A program made the translations under genes and the position numbers. This document shows, piece after piece, positions 44,138-52,379 of a stretch of 64,000 nucleotides of DNA (the stretch's first letter is position 1; each line of letters starts with the position of its first letter). This DNA comes from a virus (lineage: Duplodnaviria > Heunggongvirae > Uroviricota > Caudoviricetes): positions 3,297 to 67,296 of IMG/VR virus record IMGVR_UViG_3300042906_000857. One strand, 5' to 3'. The notes below the pieces were generated by a model. It made no database searches and was not told the DNA's origin. It was given only the letters and a program-made list of their open reading frames with translations.

Positions 44138-44397
44138 AGTTTAAGTTTTTCTTTCTTCGCAATTTTAGCTGCGTTGACGTTCGTATCTGAGATTATACAC
44201 TTTTCTATCATAATGTCAACCATTGCGAGAAGGTCACCAATCTCATCTTCCAAGTGTTGTTTATTGTTAACATTGGTAACAGGATGGCAACTTGCCATAC
44301 CGAACCGGAAGACTTTTGAGATTGCTTGAGAAACCTCTGCACATTCTTCTTGTGTGATGCAGAGGATTTCCTTGACCGTATTATCCATTGTTTTCAT
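44110..44397 (-). CDS. MazG-like nucleotide pyrophosphohydrolase domain protein (small, 95 aa)
   Basis: EECAEVSQAI...E..D motif typical of MazG/HisE-like all-alpha NTP-PPases. Confidence 0.45.
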   Translation of the reverse strand: MKTMDNTVKEILCITQEECAEVSQAISKVFRFGMASCHPVTNVNNKQHLEDEIGDLLAMVDIMIEKCIISDTNVNAAKIAKKEKLKLWSSIYNEE

Positions 44398-44632
44398 TCA
44401 ATAGAGTTGCACCAAAACCAGGTCCAATAAAATTCTCAGCTATAAAAATGGCCTCGCCTTCGGTGGATGCCAAAGTTTTGGTAAAGATCATCTCACCAAT
44501 GTACAAGGTTACTTCCCATTTTTGAAACCTCGCATCCCAATGATGTGGTGATTCTTTACTGATTACCGCCTTCCTATCTCCACTGGCAAATTCTGAATAT
44601 ACGTTCATATCAATTTCCTTTTTTTTATGCAA
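44381..44632 (-). CDS. Hypothetical protein (83 aa)
   Basis: ORF only. Confidence 0.3.
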   Translation of the reverse strand: MHKKKEIDMNVYSEFASGDRKAVISKESPHHWDARFQKWEVTLYIGEMIFTKTLASTEGEAIFIAENFIGPGFGATLLNENNG

Positions 44633-46691
44633 TTAGTTTAATGAACCGATTAAGAATCACTCGATTGTTAACACGGCTGTTGGTGTACTTAGAGAATTCA
44701 GAAACCAATTTTCTGGTGGTTGAATTCTCGTTCACATCCATTTCATTGGTATCTTCGGTGTCCATACCATTTGACCTCAACATATAGTACTCATCAAAGC
44801 CAGTCGTATCAATGACTCCGAATTTATTCTTTTTGAATGATTCTTTGAAGTTTTCTCTCCATGTCATGGAAGTTTCTGGACAAATAACATTCAGTGCTGA
44901 GGTCAAATCTTTAGTAGTAGCAACATAGAATCCAACAACGTGTGAGTTTGTACGCTTTCTCAACAAACGAATTAGTCCGTTGGTTTGGTCAAATCTACCA
45001 CCATAAGTTGTTTCGTACTTTTCTTGATTCTTTGTTTTTGGATCACGCATCACTACATGCGAAACTCTCCTACTAGAGGAATTCGTATTGATGGCAGAAT
45101 AACCACGGGAATCGTTATCATCACGAATCATGGAAAGTTGTCGACCTTCACCATCAGTTAAGAAAACTGTATTCACAATTTGTAATTTGTTCTTTTTTTG
45201 AAATGCAGGAACAATCTCCATGGCACATATGATTGCTTCATTGAGAGGAGTTCCCGTCATACGCAACCACCAAGGTCCTGCTTGATAATTACGACTTGTA
45301 CCTAAACCAGCCATGTGGAACAGAGCACCACCAGCAGTTAACATTTCAGAAGCCGACATTTTACTGGACAATAAGTTAACGAGACCAAATGAATGTAATA
45401 CTATGTCACCGTTTTTCACTCCAGATACGGCACTGTTATACATTTTTTCTGGTTCAGTTTCTTCCACAAAAGCATAAACTTCAAAAGGAATATTAACCTT
45501 CTTACAGAACATAACCAGATTGAATAATTGTTTTACTGTATTGCCAATGTGTGATGACATAGAACCAGACCAATCTAGAAATAATACTAGGCCGTGCGAT
45601 TTGCCACCAGGAACAACCATGGTCTTCTTGAAGATATCTTCGTTGAACTGATAAGAGAAAATCTTATTCATGTCCAGGTCACCAGTTTTTGCAGTAGAAG
45701 AACGTTTCATTTGGTCAGCGTTTTTACGCATCTCAAATTCTTTAACAAGATAAGAAACTACTTTATTGGATTCTTGCCGAAACTTGTTAAATTCTTTGCG
45801 ATTAACGGTGTGTTCTTCCTCAACATATCTCTTCCAAACATCCTTATATTCAAAAATGACTTGGCTTACATCAACTTTTGGAATATTGACATAATTGTAT
45901 TCTGTTTTTCCTGTATCGAAAAGTCTACTTTCATTCTCACGATATGCATCATCGGTGAAAGAACGAATTTCTTCTTCTTCGGCTTTTCCTGTCAATCTTG
46001 TTTTTTCTTCTTTTTCATCATCAGAATTACTTTCGACAGAACCAGTTTCAATATCAACTTCTTCGTATTCACCGGTACCTTGTTCATCACCTTCCTCAAA
46101 GCCTTCGAATTTTAATTTATTTTCTTTGATTTCTTCATTCTTCATTTTCATGTATTCAACGATGCGGTCAGCAACTTCGATAACATCATCATATGTTTCG
46201 GTTGTTTCTACATCATTTAACAGATCACGTTCAAAATCAGTGAATTGAATACCTAAGGTAACACCACCTTTGCAATAAAGGTTCAATCGGTCAATAAAAT
46301 TAAGTTCATTAACATCCTTATCTATTACACCAAAGAAATCTTTGTCTAACAATTCTTGATATGCTTTGATAAATGAGTTTCTTAGGCCTGGATATTTGTA
46401 TTTGATTTTTCGTTCAATGCGGGAATCTTCAACCACATTCAAAACGGACATATTCTTTTTCAGTTCGATAGCCTTTGACATTCCTTCGAATGGTGTGTAC
46501 AAAGCATGGCCGACTTCGTGACCCATAAACAGGTCATATAGTTGAGGTGATATATCATTATCTAAAACCGGAACCGTCAAGATACGATTACGTACATCGA
46601 ATGATGCTGTTGGAACTTTGCGTTGTTCTACGGTAAGGTTTTCTGTGGCCATCAATTTGGCCAATAACGATTTGTAATCAATCAAACTCAT
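44625..46691 (-). CDS. cobT: CobT-like protein: N-terminal HExxH motif, acidic low-complexity middle, C-terminal VWA domain
   Basis: HEVGHALYTP near the N-terminus, an E/D-rich stretch at ~190-250, and VWA-like LFLDWSGSM...DGE. Confidence 0.5.
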   Translation of the reverse strand: MSLIDYKSLLAKLMATENLTVEQRKVPTASFDVRNRILTVPVLDNDISPQLYDLFMGHEVGHALYTPFEGMSKAIELKKNMSVLNVVEDSRIERKIKYKYPGLRNSFIKAYQELLDKDFFGVIDKDVNELNFIDRLNLYCKGGVTLGIQFTDFERDLLNDVETTETYDDVIEVADRIVEYMKMKNEEIKENKLKFEGFEEGDEQGTGEYEEVDIETGSVESNSDDEKEEKTRLTGKAEEEEIRSFTDDAYRENESRLFDTGKTEYNYVNIPKVDVSQVIFEYKDVWKRYVEEEHTVNRKEFNKFRQESNKVVSYLVKEFEMRKNADQMKRSSTAKTGDLDMNKIFSYQFNEDIFKKTMVVPGGKSHGLVLFLDWSGSMSSHIGNTVKQLFNLVMFCKKVNIPFEVYAFVEETEPEKMYNSAVSGVKNGDIVLHSFGLVNLLSSKMSASEMLTAGGALFHMAGLGTSRNYQAGPWWLRMTGTPLNEAIICAMEIVPAFQKKNKLQIVNTVFLTDGEGRQLSMIRDDNDSRGYSAINTNSSSRRVSHVVMRDPKTKNQEKYETTYGGRFDQTNGLIRLLRKRTNSHVVGFYVATTKDLTSALNVICPETSMTWRENFKESFKKNKFGVIDTTGFDEYYMLRSNGMDTEDTNEMDVNENSTTRKLVSEFSKYTNSRVNNRVILNRFIKLIA

Positions 46692-46693
46692 AA

Positions 46694-46861
46694 TTATTTC
46701 TTTTTCAGTGTTATTTTACCATCTTCAGCGGTAACAATTAATACATCATCTTCTTTCCATCCAAGTTCTTCGCAGATTTCAGGTGGAATAGTCAACATAA
46801 TATTTTCTTCATCACCTGGAATGACCTGGAAGATTTCTTCCTGCGTATAACTCTTACTCAT
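46694..46861 (-). CDS. AbrB/MazE/SpoVT-like swapped-hairpin small protein (55 aa), not in the track
   Basis: MSKSYTQEEIFQVIPGDEENIMLTIPPEICEELGWKEDDVLIVTAEDGKITLKKK resembles the AbrB-type DNA-binding fold motif (I/LP.E....G...GD.L....E.G.I.L). Confidence 0.4.
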   Translation of the reverse strand: MSKSYTQEEIFQVIPGDEENIMLTIPPEICEELGWKEDDVLIVTAEDGKITLKKK

Positions 46862-46991
46862 AATTTTCTTTCATCTCTTTATACCAATTTTGGTCTTTTT
46901 CCCACTGCGACATGACGATCCACTTACGTACAACATCATCTAAAGGTTGCCACGTTTCCTGTTCTTCTTGTTTTTCGTTGGTTTCTGACAT
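46854..46991 (-). CDS. Small acidic ORF (45 aa, MSETNEKQEEQETWQPL...), not in the track
   Basis: Translated by hand; overlaps the next gene by 8 nt. Confidence 0.25.
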   Translation of the reverse strand: MSETNEKQEEQETWQPLDDVVRKWIVMSQWEKDQNWYKEMKENYE

Positions 46992-47146
46992 TTTATTTTC
47001 CTAAAGAGTTGATTTGTGACAAAATGACTTTTTTATCACTCTTACGGTTGTATTTTACTACATTATTGTGCTTTTGTACAGGCTTAATTGGTGTACGACA
47101 CACAGGACGTTGCAATTTTACAACAAAACTTGTTTTTTTCTTCATT

Positions 47147-47497
47147 TTAGCGCCTCATCTTTGAAATTTCCACAGCTTCTTCACTGTTAAAGACAGGAAC
47201 AGCGTTTGATTTGTGCATTGTGGCAATTCCTAACACTTTTGTGCCTGTATAGACCTTCGGTGCAGCCAATGCTGCGTTTCCAGGTCCAGTATCTAGGGAA
47301 GGAGCGTGTTTTGTGATGCGGCCAACAGGAACCGACAAGGATTTACTATAATCCTTCAACCAGTCAGTCTTTACCGCTTTGATGGGCTTCGCATTTTGAT
47401 GGGATTTAAGCCATTGGTCGTATTGCTCACGCACGGCACGAGGTTTCAACTTGGGCTTAGTTTTTTTAACTTGTGTGTAAATCATCATATAGTACAT
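47147..47497 (-). CDS. Hypothetical basic protein (116 aa)
   Basis: ORF only. Confidence 0.3.
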   Translation of the reverse strand: MYYMMIYTQVKKTKPKLKPRAVREQYDQWLKSHQNAKPIKAVKTDWLKDYSKSLSVPVGRITKHAPSLDTGPGNAALAAPKVYTGTKVLGIATMHKSNAVPVFNSEEAVEISKMRR

Positions 47498-47766
47498 CCG
47501 AAAGAATTATAGTTATTATACTACAATTCTGATGGAATGTCAAACACACTGTTGTTTTTTTACAACAAACTAGTAACTAAAATTCTTGGATTTCCGTTTA
47601 CTTTGTCTATTGTCTTGGTAAACATCCTCGTAGTCATAATTCATTACCCGCTTATTTGGGTTGTGACTACTACTACGTGGTTTTTTTCTCTTTTCGAAAC
47701 TGAAATCATCGTTGTAGTCTCGGTTTTTACGAAACTTCGCAACATCTTTTGGCACTTTATTATCTC

Positions 47767-48135
47767 CTATTTAATAACTTCAAAATTTATACCTCTAATT
47801 TTAGTTTCGGGTGTGTTGTGCATATCATACTCCGAAATATAAGTAATGTCTGCTAGAGGATAACAGTACTTTACAAGCTTTAATAGATTACATACGGTTC
47901 CATCACCATCATTAAATTGAAAAACCTCATCTACACATTTGAGATTGGAAATTAATTCCATTCGGTTATATAAAGTTTCATCAACAAAACCGTTTTTCAA
48001 ACTCAATAACATATCGGAGTGTAAACCTACTGCCAGCCAGTTGCCTTTAGATTTACACTTCTGTAAAAAATTTAATTCTCGTAACGTAATTGGATCAAAA
48101 TCACCGGACGTTACAATTATCTTTTCTTTTATCAT
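47767..48135 (-). CDS. Cytidylyltransferase-like nucleotidyltransferase domain protein
   Basis: IIVTSGDFDPITLRELNFL resembles a G.FD..H.GH-type Rossmann nucleotidyltransferase motif, though the His residues are not conserved. Confidence 0.35.
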   Translation of the reverse strand: MIKEKIIVTSGDFDPITLRELNFLQKCKSKGNWLAVGLHSDMLLSLKNGFVDETLYNRMELISNLKCVDEVFQFNDGDGTVCNLLKLVKYCYPLADITYISEYDMHNTPETKIRGINFEVIK

Positions 48136-48557
48136 GGAATTAGATTTGGGAAAGCCTCTTTAACAAATTTATAATCAAGACCCTTTACTCCCAAATCTTT
48201 TTGGAAGATACCCAATATAACTTCAGCTTCACGAGGTTCTATTGATTCAAGAATTTGTAACAACAATGTGTTGCTTCTTTCGTCAGTTAATTTTTCGGCT
48301 GTTGGATCACCTTTACGGAACATATACAATCTACGCAATTGTGAATTGAGATTGTCGTAAGTAATTCCAGGTAACATATCGGTTGGAATCTTATAATTTT
48401 CCGGCAACTCTTTAACATTCCACTCAATTTGTGGATGGAAGGTTAATTCAAGAATCTTTACTAGAGTACTTGATAAGTTTTTGGATATTACATCCATTCT
48501 TTCTTTTTTATTCTTAGCCAATTCAAAATCGTCAAAAACTTCATAAATATTTTTCAT
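48132..48557 (-). CDS. Hypothetical protein (141 aa)
   Basis: ORF immediately upstream of rnh. Confidence 0.35.
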   Translation of the reverse strand: MKNIYEVFDDFELAKNKKERMDVISKNLSSTLVKILELTFHPQIEWNVKELPENYKIPTDMLPGITYDNLNSQLRRLYMFRKGDPTAEKLTDERSNTLLLQILESIEPREAEVILGIFQKDLGVKGLDYKFVKEAFPNLIP

Positions 48558-49417
48558 TAAAATTCCCCAATAACGTCTATAAGACCTTTTAGTTTATGTG
48601 ATATAAAGTAATCCAAAATTCTGCCTTTTGGTGCAGGTTTGGTTTCTTCATAAGTATTTATAATTTTAGACTGTATATCACCAGGAATTAGCCTGAGGTC
48701 AATAAGTACTTGATTACGTGTGAATCCAGTTTTAGCAATATCTTCATACTCAGTGTATTCTTCTGCCATGAATTTTGTCAATTTTGCTTCCGTCATGGTT
48801 TTCTGACGAATATCTCTAACAAACGTATCACTAGGAGATAAGATGTTTGGAATGCCATCACCTTTATCACCGGTAATGATTTTTTGTTTCAAGTCTTGGA
48901 TTGGATTCTGCGAAACAATAAATTTCTTCTGAGCAGGATTGTATTGTTTAACGGTGTACTTGCTACGACCATTGTATTGTTGCAATTGTAAGAAGTCTCC
49001 GTCACTGGAGATAATTACAATATCTTCGTGCATGATGTGACGAGGTACAAGAGTACCAATGATATCATCAGCTTCTGCACCATCAACATCAATGACCTTG
49101 TATGGAAAAGATTCACGTAGTTCATTACGGAATTTAGCCAACATATCAAAGATTAGATGCCAATCAAGGTCAGACTTCTCTCTTGTTTTTTTGCGGCCAG
49201 CTTTATAGAAGGGAAAGTATTCCTTGCGCCAATAGTTTCGGTTGTCCGAACATAAGACAACTTCACCATAGTCTTTGCGGAAGGTTCTTAGGTGCGTCCG
49301 AATGATGTTTAGGATCATATGGCGAATCAAACCTTCTTCGAGTTTAACACCCTTTTGTCCGGCAATTTGGGCCATAAGACCAGATAGTAGTACCTGGTTA
49401 AGGTCAACGAGAATCAT
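48557..49417 (-). CDS. rnh: RNase H / 5'-3' flap exonuclease, T4 rnh family
   Basis: VLCSDNRNYWRKEYFPFYKAGRKK...DVDGAEADDIIGTL...IISSDGDFLQL aligns block by block with T4 RNase H. Confidence 0.8.
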   Translation of the reverse strand: MILVDLNQVLLSGLMAQIAGQKGVKLEEGLIRHMILNIIRTHLRTFRKDYGEVVLCSDNRNYWRKEYFPFYKAGRKKTREKSDLDWHLIFDMLAKFRNELRESFPYKVIDVDGAEADDIIGTLVPRHIMHEDIVIISSDGDFLQLQQYNGRSKYTVKQYNPAQKKFIVSQNPIQDLKQKIITGDKGDGIPNILSPSDTFVRDIRQKTMTEAKLTKFMAEEYTEYEDIAKTGFTRNQVLIDLRLIPGDIQSKIINTYEETKPAPKGRILDYFISHKLKGLIDVIGEF

Positions 49418-49437
49418 AATAAACTTTCAGTTATAGT

Positions 49438-49478
49438 ACGTGTATTCTACACCATACTACTAAATTTGGCAAGCGCAT
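49438..49478 (-). promoter_or_regulatory. Promoter module copy (minus strand): GCGCTTGCCA-N17-TAGAAT upstream of rnh
   Basis: The reverse complement of 49444-49478 is gcgcTTGCCAaatttagtagtatggtgTAGAATaca. Confidence 0.4.
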
Positions 49479-49788
49479 CATTGATAAATGTGTGCGATGT
49501 TGTGGTTTTTCGTGAAACTATACCATACCAACCTTGCATAATCATACTGGAGATATACTCTCGTGGATCCGAGAAAACGGCATCAAATGTGTCTAAGTTT
49601 TCCACATCTCCTTTTTCTTCGTTGCATTTAAACAACAAAACATGCCATGATGGACCTACAATACCACTTTCTATAGGTACACCTGGATTTTTATACATGT
49701 TAGTTTGTATGTGTATATCTTCATCATTTTCTAGTGGCAAAAATAGTAGAGTATCATACTCACCTAAATCTTCCAAGTAATCTAACAT
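49447..49788 (-). CDS. Hypothetical protein (113 aa)
   Basis: ORF only. Confidence 0.3.
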   Translation of the reverse strand: MLDYLEDLGEYDTLLFLPLENDEDIHIQTNMYKNPGVPIESGIVGPSWHVLLFKCNEEKGDVENLDTFDAVFSDPREYISSMIMQGWYGIVSRKTTTSHTFINDALAKFSSMV

Positions 49789-50195
49789 TGCAATCCTTTT
49801 ATGTGAGATTTTCTCACCCTAACCATGATCCAACTGTTGTAGAAATTGTCACTCTCTAAAACAGCATTGACAAATTGTTCCTTGGCTTCAAGATAACCAC
49901 ATTCACCTTTGGTCTTGCACAGGTGAATAATTTCTCTGGTGAAATTTTCTTCTCCATGCATTATAACATCTTTTTTTAAAATGTCATTAGAACCGTAGTA
50001 AGTTTGCCAATCCGATGGAACCTTAAAACGTTTCTTCTTTAGTTTGACCTGTTTAGTCTTGGATGAATAGAAGAACTTTTTACCAATGTATTGTTTACCG
50101 TCTACCTTGTTGGTAATACGATAAACAAAACCATAATATTCACCAATTAAATCTTCGGTAAAATCTTTGTCCTTGTGTATCCAGTTTATTGCCAT
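49782..50195 (-). CDS. GIY-YIG nuclease domain protein (stand-alone, 137 aa; Seg/homing-endonuclease-like)
   Basis: YGFVYRITNKVDGKQYIGKK is a GIY-(10/11)-YIG motif. Confidence 0.55.
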   Translation of the reverse strand: MAINWIHKDKDFTEDLIGEYYGFVYRITNKVDGKQYIGKKFFYSSKTKQVKLKKKRFKVPSDWQTYYGSNDILKKDVIMHGEENFTREIIHLCKTKGECGYLEAKEQFVNAVLESDNFYNSWIMVRVRKSHIKGLQC

Positions 50196-50374
50196 TTATC
50201 ATCTTCGTCATCGTATTCCGCATCGTCTGTGGTTTCTTCTGTTATCTTTTCGATATGTTCTCCACAAAATGGACAAAATTCTGGTAAATCTTCTGATGTT
50301 AATTCTTCCATGTAAAATACCTCAAAACTTGATTCGCAGCTATCACATTCTGCTGTTATTGTTCTAGTTGTCAT
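50186..50374 (-). CDS. Small acidic zinc-ribbon protein (CDSCES...CPFCGE)
   Basis: Two CxxC pairs 26 residues apart. Confidence 0.35.
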   Translation of the reverse strand: MTTRTITAECDSCESSFEVFYMEELTSEDLPEFCPFCGEHIEKITEETTDDAEYDDEDDKWQ

Positions 50375-50399
50375 TATTTTCCTCTTGTTTTGTTGTTAT

Positions 50400-51398
50400 C
50401 TATGCTGCCCACACATCACTCCAATCTCCACCCAAAGCACCCTTTGCATAATCAGTTGCCCGATTTTCAAAGAAGTTTGTATGAGTAGGTGCGTTAATCA
50501 TTTCCTCAACCCATGGTAGAGGATTCTTTTTCACTTTAAAAATACCTTTGAGACCTAATGAGATAAGGCGTCTATCAGCAATATAACGAATATACTTCTT
50601 AACTTCTTCGGATGTTAATCCTTCCATTAGGTTTGCACCAAAAGACAAGTCAATAAACTTATCTTCTAACTCAACCATTCGTTCTGCGATAGAGTAAATT
50701 TTACCCTTCAAATCATCATTCCAAATTTCTTTATTTTCTTCTATGTAGGTGCGGAATAATTTAATCATTGATTCAGCGTGCATTGTCTCATCAACAATAG
50801 ACCATGTCACAATCTGTCCCATACCTTTCATTTTACCGTGGCGTGGGAAATTCAACAACATAATGAATGAACTGAACAATTGCATTCCTTCTGTGAATGC
50901 TGAAAAGACTGCAATATGTGTTGCTGTACTTGCCTTGTCACCGTTCTTTGATGAGATGTCCATCACATAGTCGTGCTTATCCTTCATTTCTTGATATGCA
51001 AGAAATTCATTGTACATCGTTTCAGGCAAACCAAGAGTTTCGATTAGGTGTGAATAAGCAGCAATATGAAGTGCTTCTCGTGCTGCGAATCCCATCAACA
51101 TCATACGAACTTCTGGCTGAGGGAAGTGTGGTAAATAATTATTTACATAACCACCAGCAACGTCAATGTCACCTTGCGTGAAGAATCTAAAGATGTTTGT
51201 TAAGAAATGTTTTTCTGGTTTGGAGAGTTTCTTCTTCCAATCTTTTACGTCCTCTGACATTGGAACTTCTGTGTGTAACCAATGTGATTGCTCGTGTTTT
51301 AACCAAGCATCATATGCCCAAGGATAGTTAAACGGTTTAAATGAGTCTCTTGTATCCGTTAATCTTGTTTCTTTTATTTTTTTAATCATTTGGCCCAC
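50400..51398 (-). CDS. nrdB: Ribonucleotide reductase small (beta) subunit
   Basis: Ferritin-like di-iron ligand pattern (E..H repeats), the RFFTQGDIDVAGGY region and a radical-site-like Tyr context. Confidence 0.8.
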   Translation of the reverse strand: MGQMIKKIKETRLTDTRDSFKPFNYPWAYDAWLKHEQSHWLHTEVPMSEDVKDWKKKLSKPEKHFLTNIFRFFTQGDIDVAGGYVNNYLPHFPQPEVRMMLMGFAAREALHIAAYSHLIETLGLPETMYNEFLAYQEMKDKHDYVMDISSKNGDKASTATHIAVFSAFTEGMQLFSSFIMLLNFPRHGKMKGMGQIVTWSIVDETMHAESMIKLFRTYIEENKEIWNDDLKGKIYSIAERMVELEDKFIDLSFGANLMEGLTSEEVKKYIRYIADRRLISLGLKGIFKVKKNPLPWVEEMINAPTHTNFFENRATDYAKGALGGDWSDVWAA

Positions 51399-51625
51399 TC
51401 TTTTATTTCTGATACGGTTTTATTGCCGACAAATCTTTTTACTTCTATATTTCCGTCCATCATTACCAATGTAGGCACAGAACGAATGCCGTAATCAACT
51501 GCAACCTCAGAATGTGCATCAATGTCGATCACCTCAATTGGTATTTTCAAATCTGCTCGTTCTAAATTCTCTGAAAGTTGCTTACATGGATTACACCATG
51601 AAGCAGTAAATCTTAACAATCTCAT
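51386..51625 (-). CDS. Thioredoxin/glutaredoxin-like protein (NrdC-like redoxin)
   Basis: WCNPC active-site motif. Confidence 0.6.
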   Translation of the reverse strand: MRLLRFTASWCNPCKQLSENLERADLKIPIEVIDIDAHSEVAVDYGIRSVPTLVMMDGNIEVKRFVGNKTVSEIKEWAK

Positions 51626-51999
51626 TTCTTTTCTTTCTTTCTAAAATCTTCGATGGCCGCTTTGACTGCATCTTCGGCCAATATTGAACAATGTATTTTA
51701 ACTGGTGGTAAAGCTAATTCTTCTGCGATATCAGAATTCTTAATAGTAGAAGCTTCATCCAAAGTTTTACCTTTGACCCACTCCGTAACCAAGGATGAAC
51801 TTGCGATTGCTGAACCGCATCCATATGTCTTGAAACAAGCATCTCTAATAATACCATCTTCAACCTTTATTTGTAATTTCATAACGTCACCACACGCTGG
51901 CGCACCCACCATACCTGTACCGACAGTATCATCTATATCGAATCTACCCACATTTCGTGGGTTTTCATAGTGGTCAATTACTTTATCTGAGTAAGCCAT
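51622..51999 (-). CDS. iscU: IscU/NifU-like Fe-S cluster scaffold protein
   Basis: GAPACGDVMKL...GCGSAIASS...HC: three conserved Cys plus His in IscU spacing. Confidence 0.75.
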   Translation of the reverse strand: MAYSDKVIDHYENPRNVGRFDIDDTVGTGMVGAPACGDVMKLQIKVEDGIIRDACFKTYGCGSAIASSSLVTEWVKGKTLDEASTIKNSDIAEELALPPVKIHCSILAEDAVKAAIEDFRKKEKK

Positions 52000-52005
52000 T
52001 TTTAT

Positions 52006-52335
52006 CTACGCCGCAAATGAAGAACCGCAACCACATTTACTGGTTGCATTTGGATTTTCGATAACAAAATTGGAACCCATCAATTCTGTTTTGTATTTGA
52101 TTACTGCACCTTGTAAGTATTGCATACTGGCTGCATCAACTAACACTTGCAAGTTTTCAACAATAGGAAATTCATAATCATCTTCATTTTTTTCTGTTTC
52201 CCATGTAAATCCATAAGAGAATCCTGAGCATCCACCACCTTGCACGAAAACTCTTAATCCTTTAATCTTATCATCTTTTTCATCTATGTACATGTCCGCA
52301 ATTTTTTCTTTTGCTGATTCGTCCAATACTATCAT
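52006..52335 (-). CDS. IscA/HesB-type (A-type carrier) Fe-S assembly protein
   Basis: GGGCSGFSYGF and C-terminal CGCGSSF. Confidence 0.7.
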   Translation of the reverse strand: MIVLDESAKEKIADMYIDEKDDKIKGLRVFVQGGGCSGFSYGFTWETEKNEDDYEFPIVENLQVLVDAASMQYLQGAVIKYKTELMGSNFVIENPNATSKCGCGSSFAA

Positions 52336-52379
52336 TTTATTCTTTCGTTAATTTGTTTATGAAACCCAATAACAAATAA

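Noticed and set aside
45594-46248. Plus-strand ORFs inside the CobT-like gene (45594..46115, 45895..46248)
   Set aside because: They overlap the acidic low-complexity region in alternative frames. Their Phe/Ser-rich translations are typical of frame artefacts.
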